A DNA stretch of 64,000 nucleotides from Bacteroidia bacterium (GTDB lineage Bacteria > Bacteroidota > Bacteroidia > M30B66): NCBI GenBank assembly GCA_965279035.1, contig OZ257142.1, positions 1,888,001 to 1,952,000 of the forward strand, written 5' to 3'. Below are positions 9,896 to 18,760 of this stretch, in pieces. The notes under the pieces are model-generated. The model was not told where the DNA came from. It was given only the letters and a program-made list of their open reading frames with translations, and ran no database searches. The translations under genes and the position numbers were made by a program. Within the stretch, counting starts at the first letter, position 1. Each line of letters opens with the position of its first letter.

Positions 9896-9943
9896 TTACA
9901 GACCGGAGCAAAGGATGTGCGCCGAAGTTCTATAATCAGACAT
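9896..9943 (-). CDS. Putative 15-aa small ORF MSDYRTSAHILCSGL
   Basis: AAAGGAGGT-GTGC-ATG with canonical SD spacing; TAA at 9898-9896. Translation is unproven. Confidence 0.35.
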   Translation of the reverse strand: MSDYRTSAHILCSGL

Positions 9944-10012
9944 GCACACCTCCTTTCGATTCGTTAGTATAGTAGAATGACAAATTAAATGAAAGATTGT
10001 TTGGTGATGGAT

Positions 10013-10049
10013 AAAAAAAAAGAGGCTGCTCTTGTGGAGCAACCTCTTT
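10013..10049 (-). terminator. Rho-independent terminator of the 2822-aa gene
   Basis: Minus: AAAGAGGTTGCTC-cacaa-GAGCAGCCTCTTT plus T run. Confidence 0.8.
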
Positions 10050-10066
10050 CAATAAGAAGTGATATG

Positions 10067-13000
10067 TTAGTGAGCAACTACCACACGAATAGTTCTTGTG
10101 GTTTTGTTATCACGAATTACTGCTAGGTATGTTCCTGCTTTCAAGTCGGAAGTGCTGATTGTTTCTACCGAATTTGTAAGCGTTTTTCTAAGAACCACTT
10201 TGCCAGTGATGTCGGTTAATTCTAACACCGCTTGACGTGAATCAGAACGAAGAATTTTTACCAATTCGTTGGCTGGATTCGGGAAGGCGATGAGTTGATT
10301 TCCGTCCGTTACATTAGCAATTCCTGTTACATCATCTGTAATAGCAATTTCGTAGCTCGAAGTAGAAGTACAACCACCATTGCTGATCGAAAGCGTTACG
10401 GTGTAGATACCTGTTTGCATGTAAGCGTGCGATACATTTGCACCAGCTACCAGGCTTGTTTGATCACCGAAATTCCACGTGTATTCAGCACCAGCAATTT
10501 GAACTGTGCTAAATTCTACGATGGCTTTATCAAGGGAGATGCTCGAAGCAGAACTTGTGATACCGGCATTTTCGAAAGCTTCAAATCCTTGAATATCGAT
10601 CAAAGTAGAGTTGAATTCAGTTCCATCATACGATGTTTCCATTGAGTACGATTGTGGAGCCAAGCCAGTGAAGATGTATTCTGCCATCACTGAATCTTTC
10701 GCCATGACTACTTCGCCTGCGGTGTTTTTGATACGAGCTTGCATTGGGTAGTTCTGGTTAGGATTGCTTAGAATCACTTTTCCTGTGTTTTCGTTAGTAC
10801 AAGAACCAGTTGAAGAATAAGCGAATGGAGCCATGAAATGCAGACGGAAACGTGTTCCAACAAATGCAGGATCGTTGGTAAATGAATAGTTCGAAGAAGC
10901 ATTCATGTTGTGGAATTCACCTGTTTTACGGTCTTCCAAGAACACACGAACTGTTGGATCGAAGTTATCAAATAGGTTGAGGTCGAACGAATAGGTTCCG
11001 GCAGTAGCCATCACCACACCTAAATCAATTACACGAGCAGTGTTAAGAACTGGTAAATACTGAGTAGTAAATTGATCATCACCAAGCATAGTGTATAATT
11101 CAAGTACTTCACTTGAAGGCATTCTTGGAGAATCGAATCCGAAATCAACGCCATCTGTTCCTGTTTCACCAAAACCAACAACGGCATCAAAACTAATTTG
11201 ATTTGGATTGGTTAAACGTAAACGTAGGATTGAATATGGACTATCGTTATCGAGGAACTGAGTTGAGTTACCCGGATAATTTGGAACACGTTGATTGGAG
11301 TTGAAACTAATAGATCCAGCACCGCTTACTTGAGCTAAGAAACCTTGACCAGCACCAATTTCTGCTGAGTTAAATCCTGCAACGATATTACCACTAAGAA
11401 CTCCTAATCCTGACATAACAACATACGAGCTGGAGTTATATGGAATATTTCCTGAGAATGACCATAAGTAAACAGAACCAAGGTTCGCGTTTGTAGCTTT
11501 TAATGAACTGTATGATAATGCAGATGGATAAGGATTTCCAAGCAAGTTAAAGGTGTTTGAACCATTCACTGTAACAGGAATATTTACTGTTCCTTCATTC
11601 GAAGTACCAACAAATTTTACGTTTCCGTTACCTGCATACGTTTGAATATATCCTCTTCCTGGAGTCATTACAGTAGGACTAGTGATTGCAGAACCCCAAG
11701 CTAATTGTGGATTTGTTCCGCTACCAGCAATTTGATTATCATACTGATACACGTTATTTCCGTAATTAGAAGCTAAAACAGAAGTTGTTGCAGCTGTAAC
11801 AGGAGAGCTCCAGTAATTGTATCCACCGTAAAGAGATCCACTACGATTGTAGTTGATATTTCCAGTAACAGTACCACTGTAGTTTTTAGTTAAATCGGCT
11901 GTTGCAACACCGCCGCTAAGTAGTACGGAGTTGTTTTCGAAACTCATATTACCATTACTAGCTACCGATACACCAGCTCTAACAGCTACAACACCGTAGA
12001 AACGAGTGAGTGACAAAACAGCACCAGTATTCAAACCACCTTCGTTAAAGCGAAGTGTACCAGTTCCTAAGAATCGTGGAGCAGTAGTTTGCAAATACGC
12101 ATAGAAACCAGAACGATTGATATAGCTTTTGTATGTAGCACTTGCAGTCAATCTCAATTCAGCACCAGCGTTAATGGTAATGCTTGGAATGTTGTTATTT
12201 CCAATAGAATTGATGAATTCAACTCCGTGAACGTTTTGAGTTCCATTAATCACTGGGTAAACATTGCTAACCAAGGTTGGAATAATAACAGTTGAATTAA
12301 CTGATGGAGTTGTTAATGCCGAAACATCACCGCCTGACCAGTTTGCCGCATTTGTAAAGTTATTATCTGCCGCACCTGTCCAATAAAGACCGTTCGTAAC
12401 AGCCATTTTGATAAACTGAGCAGGAGCTGCATTTCCAGCAGTAGTTCTTGCCAAACGGATATATACAGTAGAACCTGGAGTTAAGCCAGTTGCAGCAGCG
12501 TAAGCCATGTTAGCAGCAGCACCGCCAGAGTTACAAGCAACTTGAGAAAGTCCTGTTGAACATGTAGTAGCAGTGAAAATTTGAACCAATGCACTCGTGA
12601 TGTTTAACGATACAGTTGGATCATTATGTTCTTGAGTAATGACGTGAACCTCACCATTGGCAGGAACTACAGCACGGAACCAAATATCTTTATTAATTCC
12701 AACACAAGCAGCACCTGGACTAGCCGTAGCACCTGTTAAAGAACGAAGAATGTAGTTTGGAGTGCTTGTTACATTAATTAAACCTGCAGGAAGATTTGCC
12801 AAACAGATATCATTCGTAATGGCCGGGTCAACGGTAACTAAAATTGCAGTTGGACTTGTATTACAAGCAATTAAGGTATTGGTTGCTGTTACATTGTATG
12901 TCACCGTAGAGAATGGTGCTGCATACACTGTTAAGATTGGAGTTCCTAAAACATATGGAATTGTAAGAGCAGCATCTGTATATAAATCTGATGCAGGACT

Positions 13001-16000
13001 CCAAGTATAATTTGTATTAGCAAGTGGAGCAGTAACTTCCAACATTCTTGATGGATTTGAAGCATCAATGGTAGTTGAAGTAACATTCGTTACTGGTAAA
13101 GCGGCAGAGGCTGCTACCAAGTTATTGAATGAATTTACAGCTGTTGCTGATACAGCATTTAATGCAGTATTTACGGAAGTACTTAAAGAAATCCAAGGTG
13201 AGCTACCATTGTATAAAGCAAGACCAGCTTCAGGTAAGCTGTTCAATTCGCTAGTCAAGTAGTAATAATTGACAGTTGCATTCAATCCAGTATTAACTGT
13301 TGGAGTAATTGTGAACTTACGTAAAACACTCGAAGAAGAACATCCGATGTCTTGGCTATTTCCAGTATTACGGAGAACAACTGTAGAACCTGGTTGAGCA
13401 CCAGCAGCAGTAATTTCAAGACCCATTCCACCAAATTGTTGAAGGGCATTTGTTAGAACACGTGTTGTTTCAACGTTTCCAAGAACATTGTTGGCATCAG
13501 TTTCTGAAATTGTTGCTGTTGCACTCAAGATGACTTTGTTTGCACCTGTTGTAATTCCACCTAATGAACAATCTAAATTTCCTGTACCAGAAATCTTCAT
13601 ATTACCCGAAGTCAACGTAACACCATTGGAATTGCTGATTGTTACATTGTTGAATGATTCACCTGCAGCGTATGAAGTACTGAATGATTGTGCTCCAGAT
13701 GTTCCATTGAATTCGAAGGTCGAAGTTCCGGAAGCAATCATATCAATTGTGCGCGAATCTGTAAAGTCGCCAGCTATTTTGATTGTATTGCCATTCGGAG
13801 TGAATTTTCCAGTAGAAGTCCCAGCAATTGTAAAGTCACCTTTGATGATTACATTGGCACTTCCACTTGAAGGTTGAACCTGAGTTACAGTTGTTCCACT
13901 AGTTTGAATGCTTAGGTTATTGATAGACGCTTTGATAACAGAAGCTGATCCACCTGAACCATCCTGACGAATATTCGCTGTACCAGTAGCTCCATTTAAA
14001 ATGATAGAACCAGTAAAAGAATAGCTCGCAGTATTTCCAGCACACTCTAAATCTCCACCTATAGTGATTGTGTTTGCATTATCGGCAAATGAAGATGCTC
14101 CAGCATTGGTGTTCAATTTAATATCATCGCTCAATACCAAGTTTGTTGTTGCAGCTAATGATAATGAACCCGTTTTTAAATCGCTACCAGAAGAAATTAA
14201 TGTACCGCTAGTATTGGCAACGTTCATCAACAAACGTCCTGCATTGATTGCATTTCCATTTCCAACCAATTGCTGTGTATTAGAGCCATATGCTTGAAGA
14301 TTCACATACGTATTGTAATTGGTAGAGTAGGTAATGGTTCCGTTTACAGTGATGTCTTTTTTGAAGAATACAACACTGAAAGTTGTAGAAGCATTTACAC
14401 TTGCATTGGTAAATGTGTAATCACCTTCAACGCGATATCCACCAATAATACGTTTAACACCAGCACCAGTAAAGGTTAAGTTACCGTATTGATTGTTTGT
14501 AGATGTTGGAACGGCGATGTCTTGATTGGATAATGAACCGTATACAACCGTAGTGTTTGGCTCAATACCATTCAATGTTGGAACAGTGGCATTGTTTAAG
14601 TTCAATGTTGCTGTACCTTCCAAGCTATCAACTACTCCAACAAAAGAGAATGCATCAGGAATAGTTACAGTACAATTAGTACGGATTAACACTTTTGAAT
14701 TTGATCCTGAAACAGTCCAGTTTGCACCAAGAGTTGCTGTAGTTAAACGGTGTTGAACGATGAACGTTTGGTTTGATGCAGTGAAAGAAGTTGGGTTTGC
14801 ACCAGTTCCATCATTATTAGTCCACCATGAACCTAATTGGTCTAAGTTTCCAGTTGAATCAGAATAAAAAATAGATGGTGTGAAGTTGATTGGAGTAAAA
14901 GTAACATCATCAACTCCTAAACCATCACGAGTTCCAAATGTACCAGTATTATTATGTGTCCAACGAACCCAAGTAGAAGCTCCATTCGCAACAGATGCAG
15001 GTAAAAATACTGTATCCATAATAGCTTGACGATAAGCACCAGCATTTCCATTACGAGGATTATCTGTGGATGTTGTTCCGTAATCAGGTGAGTAAAAATT
15101 TAGAATACTTGAAGATCCCCAAGTTCCAGTTGCTAAGCTTGTTGCTGTAGAACTGTATTCGAATTTCAACTTATCACGTGCAGGAGCACCGCCATTCGAT
15201 GCATTTCCTGTAACACCTCTTCTCCATTGTTCTCCGTTGTAATTCACAATAAGAGCGTTAAAAGTTGTTCCAGTAGAATTTGTGATTTTGAAACCTACTT
15301 TTACATCAGCCAAACCACTAGTAATGGATGAACCTAAGGCACGATCAGATGTTGCTCCAGTTCCAAAACTGTAAGTGTCTCCAGTCGATAAATTACCATC
15401 ACCAGCAGTTAAAATCAAGTTTTGGTTGGTTCCTGTTTCAAGGTAATAAGCACCTGTACTTACTTCGGTACTTGTTCCAGAGACAATTATGTTATTGAAA
15501 TCAGTTGTAGCACTTGGAGTACCAATGACTGTTACAATTACAGCATCATCATTATCAGTGATGGTTACGTTTTGAGTGATTGTAGTTCCAAGATATAAAC
15601 CTGCCGAAGGATTGGAAATGTTGATTGTTGCAGTTTCGGTTCCCTCATTCAAGTTGTCATTTACCACTGTAAATGTGCTTGTTCCAGTTGTTGCTCCAGA
15701 AAGAATTTTAATCTGAATTCCAGCTAAAGTACCATCTCCATCAACCAAGGTATAATCACCTGAAGAAATGGAAGTACCTGTTACCGTTAAATCAACCGTT
15801 TCGTTGCTTGTTAAAGTAGAATTTGAAGTTGCAGTAACTGTTATGGCTGTTGTTCCAACTTCTGTTCCTGCACTTGCACTAACACTTACGTTAACAGTTG
15901 GAAGCAAAGCTCCATTTAAGATTACATATTGAGTGTATCCGGATGTTGTTGTAAGAGTAATGAGTTTGTTATTGTATGAACCAGCAGCAAGATTTGCTTT

Positions 16001-18535
16001 CAAACGAACATACACCGTTGTAAGAGCAACTGAACCTGCTGTTGGATTTAAGTTCAATGAATTGACAAACGTTCCACCTGAAGTTAGGCTAATTTCATAA
16101 TTAGCATCAACATTCAATGCAATTGGATTAACACCTAAGTTAGAACCACTCACTGTGAATGATTGCTCAACCGATGGACCAGTACCAGGACCAGAACCAG
16201 CATAGGTAAATCCATTTAAAATGGTAGATCCAATATTAATTTTTGGAGCGCTTGCTGAAATTGGTGCTAAGGAAATTCCTTTAACTGTGTTTGTTCCAGT
16301 TGCAGTGTATAAAGTAACGTTTGAAGGTGTGTTAACGTTAATAGTTGTATTATAACCGGCTAAGTCAGTTACTTTTATAATACTGTTTGCTGCAGTAGCA
16401 CCACCTCCTGTTGAGAAGAATATTTCAGCTCCAATTCCTAATCGCAAAGCTGTAATTCCAAAACCACCACCAGCTGCTGTATATGATCCATTCGCAGTCC
16501 AAAGACCCGCAACTAATGAATATTTTAATATTCCAGTTGCAGTTACAAAATACATCACATCGTATGTAGTTCCATTCACTCCGGATTGAATCATATAGAA
16601 ATCTATAGGAGTAATACCAGAGGAAGCGAATCCATTTAATGTTGTTGCTGTAATATCTGTTGGAGTAGCAAAACTTACAACTGTATTGGTTGCAGAATTG
16701 GCCATTGAATATACCGTCCCTCCAAAAGCTTTCGCACATCGTTTATTCGCAGCAAAGGTTGGTGTTGTAGCACCTCCATTTGAGAATAATCCTATTTGAT
16801 CAATAATATAATATGCAGAGTTATCAATAGAAGTAGCTCCACGTGTTTGGTTACCTGTTGTACCAGCGTATGTAGCTGGAAGGTTAAATACAAAATTAGA
16901 AGTCAAGGTACCTACACCACGAGGTAAAATAGTATTGATATTACCTGCTGAAGTAGTTGTATTGTGTCCAACAAAACTCAATAATGTACCATCGTTTGTA
17001 GTCGCTAAATAACCCGCCGATGTAGCACTTCCTGTAAAACGTAAAGAATTAGCACCTGAAGTTCCATTGATACTGTATGTATTAATGGCTGATTGAGCAG
17101 CAGTAGTTCTATTAATTTCAACAATAGAAGCAGTTGTATTAGAACTAGTATTATCTGCTATTTGGAATAATGCCAAATTGCTCAATGTGAAATTGATTGC
17201 GGCTGTAACTGTCCCACTTGCAGTAATCGATGAACTTGCTCCACCACCAGCAATACCAATTGTTTGACTAGAATATGTTGCTTGAGCCATTCCTGCTTTC
17301 AAACGCACATAAAAAGGAGTTGAAGCAAGAGTAGCTGATGAATAAGGTATCAAAGCAGTAGCTCCAAAGGTGATATTATCACTTGAAACTTCGAAAGCAG
17401 CTGAGCCTGTTATTGTAATATTGTTAGGCGCACCAGTTAAACTAGCACCAGTTAGATTAAGTGTTTGTGAAGTTGAAGGTCCAGACCCCAATGGATATGT
17501 AAAGCCTGTTAATGAACCAACACTCGGTGTTAAGGTAGGTGATGCAGAAGTAACGGTTCCAGTTGTTGAAACGTTTATTGTTGTTGCTCCACCACCAGCG
17601 AGTGTTACTCCTGTTACTGGTCCATAAGTAGCTGCAGCAAGTCCAGCTTTTAAACGAACATACGTTGTTGTTGATGCTAATGCTCCACCTGAATAAGCAA
17701 CAGTATATGAATTACCACCAGCAGCAGTAATTCCGTCTGAAGAAACTTCGAAATTGGTTGTTCCAGCCACTGTAATGTTTCCAGCTGCAGGACTTAAACT
17801 TGATCCAGTAAATGTATATGACTGCCATGCAGATGGACCAGCTCCTGTATAATTAAGTCCGGTAATAGCAGCAGGTTGAGATATTGTTGGACCTGTTCCA
17901 GTAAGTTTAACATCATCTATACGAATAGCTAATGTTCCAGTTTTTACAAATCGAATTTTTAATCCATTGATTTGAGCACCTGCAGGTAAGGTTAAGGATT
18001 TAGAAAGATACCATCCAACAGTAGCACCTGCAGCTTCATTAAATAAAGCTCCAGAAGTATTGGCAACAACTTGCCATGCAGCACCATCCCAATAATCGAC
18101 AGAAAAAGTTGCATGTGATGCAGCATTTTCTTTACGATAACCAAATTGTAATGTCAAACCAGTATAAATAGAAGCATTGATAGATTCTATCGAAAAACCA
18201 TAAGCACCAGAAGTGGTTGTTTCAAAAATATTTCCTCCACCGGATGCTCCTGTATAACCAGAAGAAACATTTGTTACACGGAGATCTGCTGGATTAGTTT
18301 GAGCTCCGTTAGAATAGGTGAGGTTAGCTCCAGCTCCATTGTTTTGGAAAGTTGCAGGAGCAGTACCGCCAACATAAGCAACAATAGTTGTTGTACCGGC
18401 TGGGGTTCCCATATTCTCCGTGAATATGGTTGTTTGACCGAATCCAAGATTGACTGAAATGATGATCAGCAAGGCTGCCAAAATTCCGCTTGGAAAGTGA
18501 AAAATTCGGGATCGTTTCGTAAGAGTTGATTCCAT
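10067..18535 (-). CDS. Giant (2822 aa) multidomain T9SS type-A surface protein/adhesin
   Basis: Signal peptide GFGQ; three ~110-aa YVRLKA Ig-like repeats; propeller-like region; Calx-beta; SDRALGS/GEQWR domain; beta-helix-like region; YNYWSSPV and NLLGNPYPS modules; PKD (YTWNFGD); CTD AFPNPANE. Confidence 0.85.
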   Translation of the reverse strand: MESTLTKRSRIFHFPSGILAALLIIISVNLGFGQTTIFTENMGTPAGTTTIVAYVGGTAPATFQNNGAGANLTYSNGAQTNPADLRVTNVSSGYTGASGGGNIFETTTSGAYGFSIESINASIYTGLTLQFGYRKENAASHATFSVDYWDGAAWQVVANTSGALFNEAAGATVGWYLSKSLTLPAGAQINGLKIRFVKTGTLAIRIDDVKLTGTGPTISQPAAITGLNYTGAGPSAWQSYTFTGSSLSPAAGNITVAGTTNFEVSSDGITAAGGNSYTVAYSGGALASTTTYVRLKAGLAAATYGPVTGVTLAGGGATTINVSTTGTVTSASPTLTPSVGSLTGFTYPLGSGPSTSQTLNLTGASLTGAPNNITITGSAAFEVSSDNITFGATALIPYSSATLASTPFYVRLKAGMAQATYSSQTIGIAGGGASSSITASGTVTAAINFTLSNLALFQIADNTSSNTTASIVEINRTTAAQSAINTYSINGTSGANSLRFTGSATSAGYLATTNDGTLLSFVGHNTTTSAGNINTILPRGVGTLTSNFVFNLPATYAGTTGNQTRGATSIDNSAYYIIDQIGLFSNGGATTPTFAANKRCAKAFGGTVYSMANSATNTVVSFATPTDITATTLNGFASSGITPIDFYMIQSGVNGTTYDVMYFVTATGILKYSLVAGLWTANGSYTAAGGGFGITALRLGIGAEIFFSTGGGATAANSIIKVTDLAGYNTTINVNTPSNVTLYTATGTNTVKGISLAPISASAPKINIGSTILNGFTYAGSGPGTGPSVEQSFTVSGSNLGVNPIALNVDANYEISLTSGGTFVNSLNLNPTAGSVALTTVYVRLKANLAAGSYNNKLITLTTTSGYTQYVILNGALLPTVNVSVSASAGTEVGTTAITVTATSNSTLTSNETVDLTVTGTSISSGDYTLVDGDGTLAGIQIKILSGATTGTSTFTVVNDNLNEGTETATINISNPSAGLYLGTTITQNVTITDNDDAVIVTVIGTPSATTDFNNIIVSGTSTEVSTGAYYLETGTNQNLILTAGDGNLSTGDTYSFGTGATSDRALGSSITSGLADVKVGFKITNSTGTTFNALIVNYNGEQWRRGVTGNASNGGAPARDKLKFEYSSTATSLATGTWGSSSILNFYSPDYGTTSTDNPRNGNAGAYRQAIMDTVFLPASVANGASTWVRWTHNNTGTFGTRDGLGVDDVTFTPINFTPSIFYSDSTGNLDQLGSWWTNNDGTGANPTSFTASNQTFIVQHRLTTATLGANWTVSGSNSKVLIRTNCTVTIPDAFSFVGVVDSLEGTATLNLNNATVPTLNGIEPNTTVVYGSLSNQDIAVPTSTNNQYGNLTFTGAGVKRIIGGYRVEGDYTFTNASVNASTTFSVVFFKKDITVNGTITYSTNYNTYVNLQAYGSNTQQLVGNGNAINAGRLLMNVANTSGTLISSGSDLKTGSLSLAATTNLVLSDDIKLNTNAGASSFADNANTITIGGDLECAGNTASYSFTGSIILNGATGTANIRQDGSGGSASVIKASINNLSIQTSGTTVTQVQPSSGSANVIIKGDFTIAGTSTGKFTPNGNTIKIAGDFTDSRTIDMIASGTSTFEFNGTSGAQSFSTSYAAGESFNNVTISNSNGVTLTSGNMKISGTGNLDCSLGGITTGANKVILSATATISETDANNVLGNVETTRVLTNALQQFGGMGLEITAAGAQPGSTVVLRNTGNSQDIGCSSSSVLRKFTITPTVNTGLNATVNYYYLTSELNSLPEAGLALYNGSSPWISLSTSVNTALNAVSATAVNSFNNLVAASAALPVTNVTSTTIDASNPSRMLEVTAPLANTNYTWSPASDLYTDAALTIPYVLGTPILTVYAAPFSTVTYNVTATNTLIACNTSPTAILVTVDPAITNDICLANLPAGLINVTSTPNYILRSLTGATASPGAACVGINKDIWFRAVVPANGEVHVITQEHNDPTVSLNITSALVQIFTATTCSTGLSQVACNSGGAAANMAYAAATGLTPGSTVYIRLARTTAGNAAPAQFIKMAVTNGLYWTGAADNNFTNAANWSGGDVSALTTPSVNSTVIIPTLVSNVYPVINGTQNVHGVEFINSIGNNNIPSITINAGAELRLTASATYKSYINRSGFYAYLQTTAPRFLGTGTLRFNEGGLNTGAVLSLTRFYGVVAVRAGVSVASNGNMSFENNSVLLSGGVATADLTKNYSGTVTGNINYNRSGSLYGGYNYWSSPVTAATTSVLASNYGNNVYQYDNQIAGSGTNPQLAWGSAITSPTVMTPGRGYIQTYAGNGNVKFVGTSNEGTVNIPVTVNGSNTFNLLGNPYPSALSYSSLKATNANLGSVYLWSFSGNIPYNSSSYVVMSGLGVLSGNIVAGFNSAEIGAGQGFLAQVSGAGSISFNSNQRVPNYPGNSTQFLDNDSPYSILRLRLTNPNQISFDAVVGFGETGTDGVDFGFDSPRMPSSEVLELYTMLGDDQFTTQYLPVLNTARVIDLGVVMATAGTYSFDLNLFDNFDPTVRVFLEDRKTGEFHNMNASSNYSFTNDPAFVGTRFRLHFMAPFAYSSTGSCTNENTGKVILSNPNQNYPMQARIKNTAGEVVMAKDSVMAEYIFTGLAPQSYSMETSYDGTEFNSTLIDIQGFEAFENAGITSSASSISLDKAIVEFSTVQIAGAEYTWNFGDQTSLVAGANVSHAYMQTGIYTVTLSISNGGCTSTSSYEIAITDDVTGIANVTDGNQLIAFPNPANELVKILRSDSRQAVLELTDITGKVVLRKTLTNSVETISTSDLKAGTYLAVIRDNKTTRTIRVVVAH

Positions 18536-18664
18536 TGGATGTTAGTTAGGAGTTGGTTGTTTTACAGATACAAAAAAACAACAACTGAATGAACTTACTA
18601 ACCATCCTTTGTTACTTAATCTTGGTTCAATTTTAAGTTTTCTGCACAAATTCAGCCTTAAAAA

Positions 18665-18682
18665 TTAACATCAATTTAACAT
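18665..18682. promoter_or_regulatory. 11-bp-period direct repeat, candidate OmpR/PhoB-family operator
   Basis: TTAACAT-caat-TTAACAT upstream of the giant gene. Confidence 0.4.
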
Positions 18683-18760
18683 TAGGGATGTTGTTTTTAA
18701 AGTTTTAAAAGCAGAAAAATCTAAAATCAAATACGAAGAATAAAGTATAAGGTTATTCTT

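Larger units (their letters stand above)
9836..9975 (-). ncRNA. Candidate structured small RNA / sORF-encoding transcript with an extended, sequestered Shine-Dalgarno-like sequence
   Basis: Near-consensus -7 box TTAATTTG at 9981-9988; GAAAGGAGGTGT; 12/13-bp hairpin; second stem AAAACCG/CGGTTTT; own terminator; GC-richer than its flanks; lies downstream of another terminator. Confidence 0.55.

Noticed and set aside
9946-9957. ACACCTCCTTTC as a 16S rRNA gene fragment
   Set aside because: No flanking 16S sequence such as helix 45 or GTAACAAGG; treated instead as an SD-like element on the minus strand
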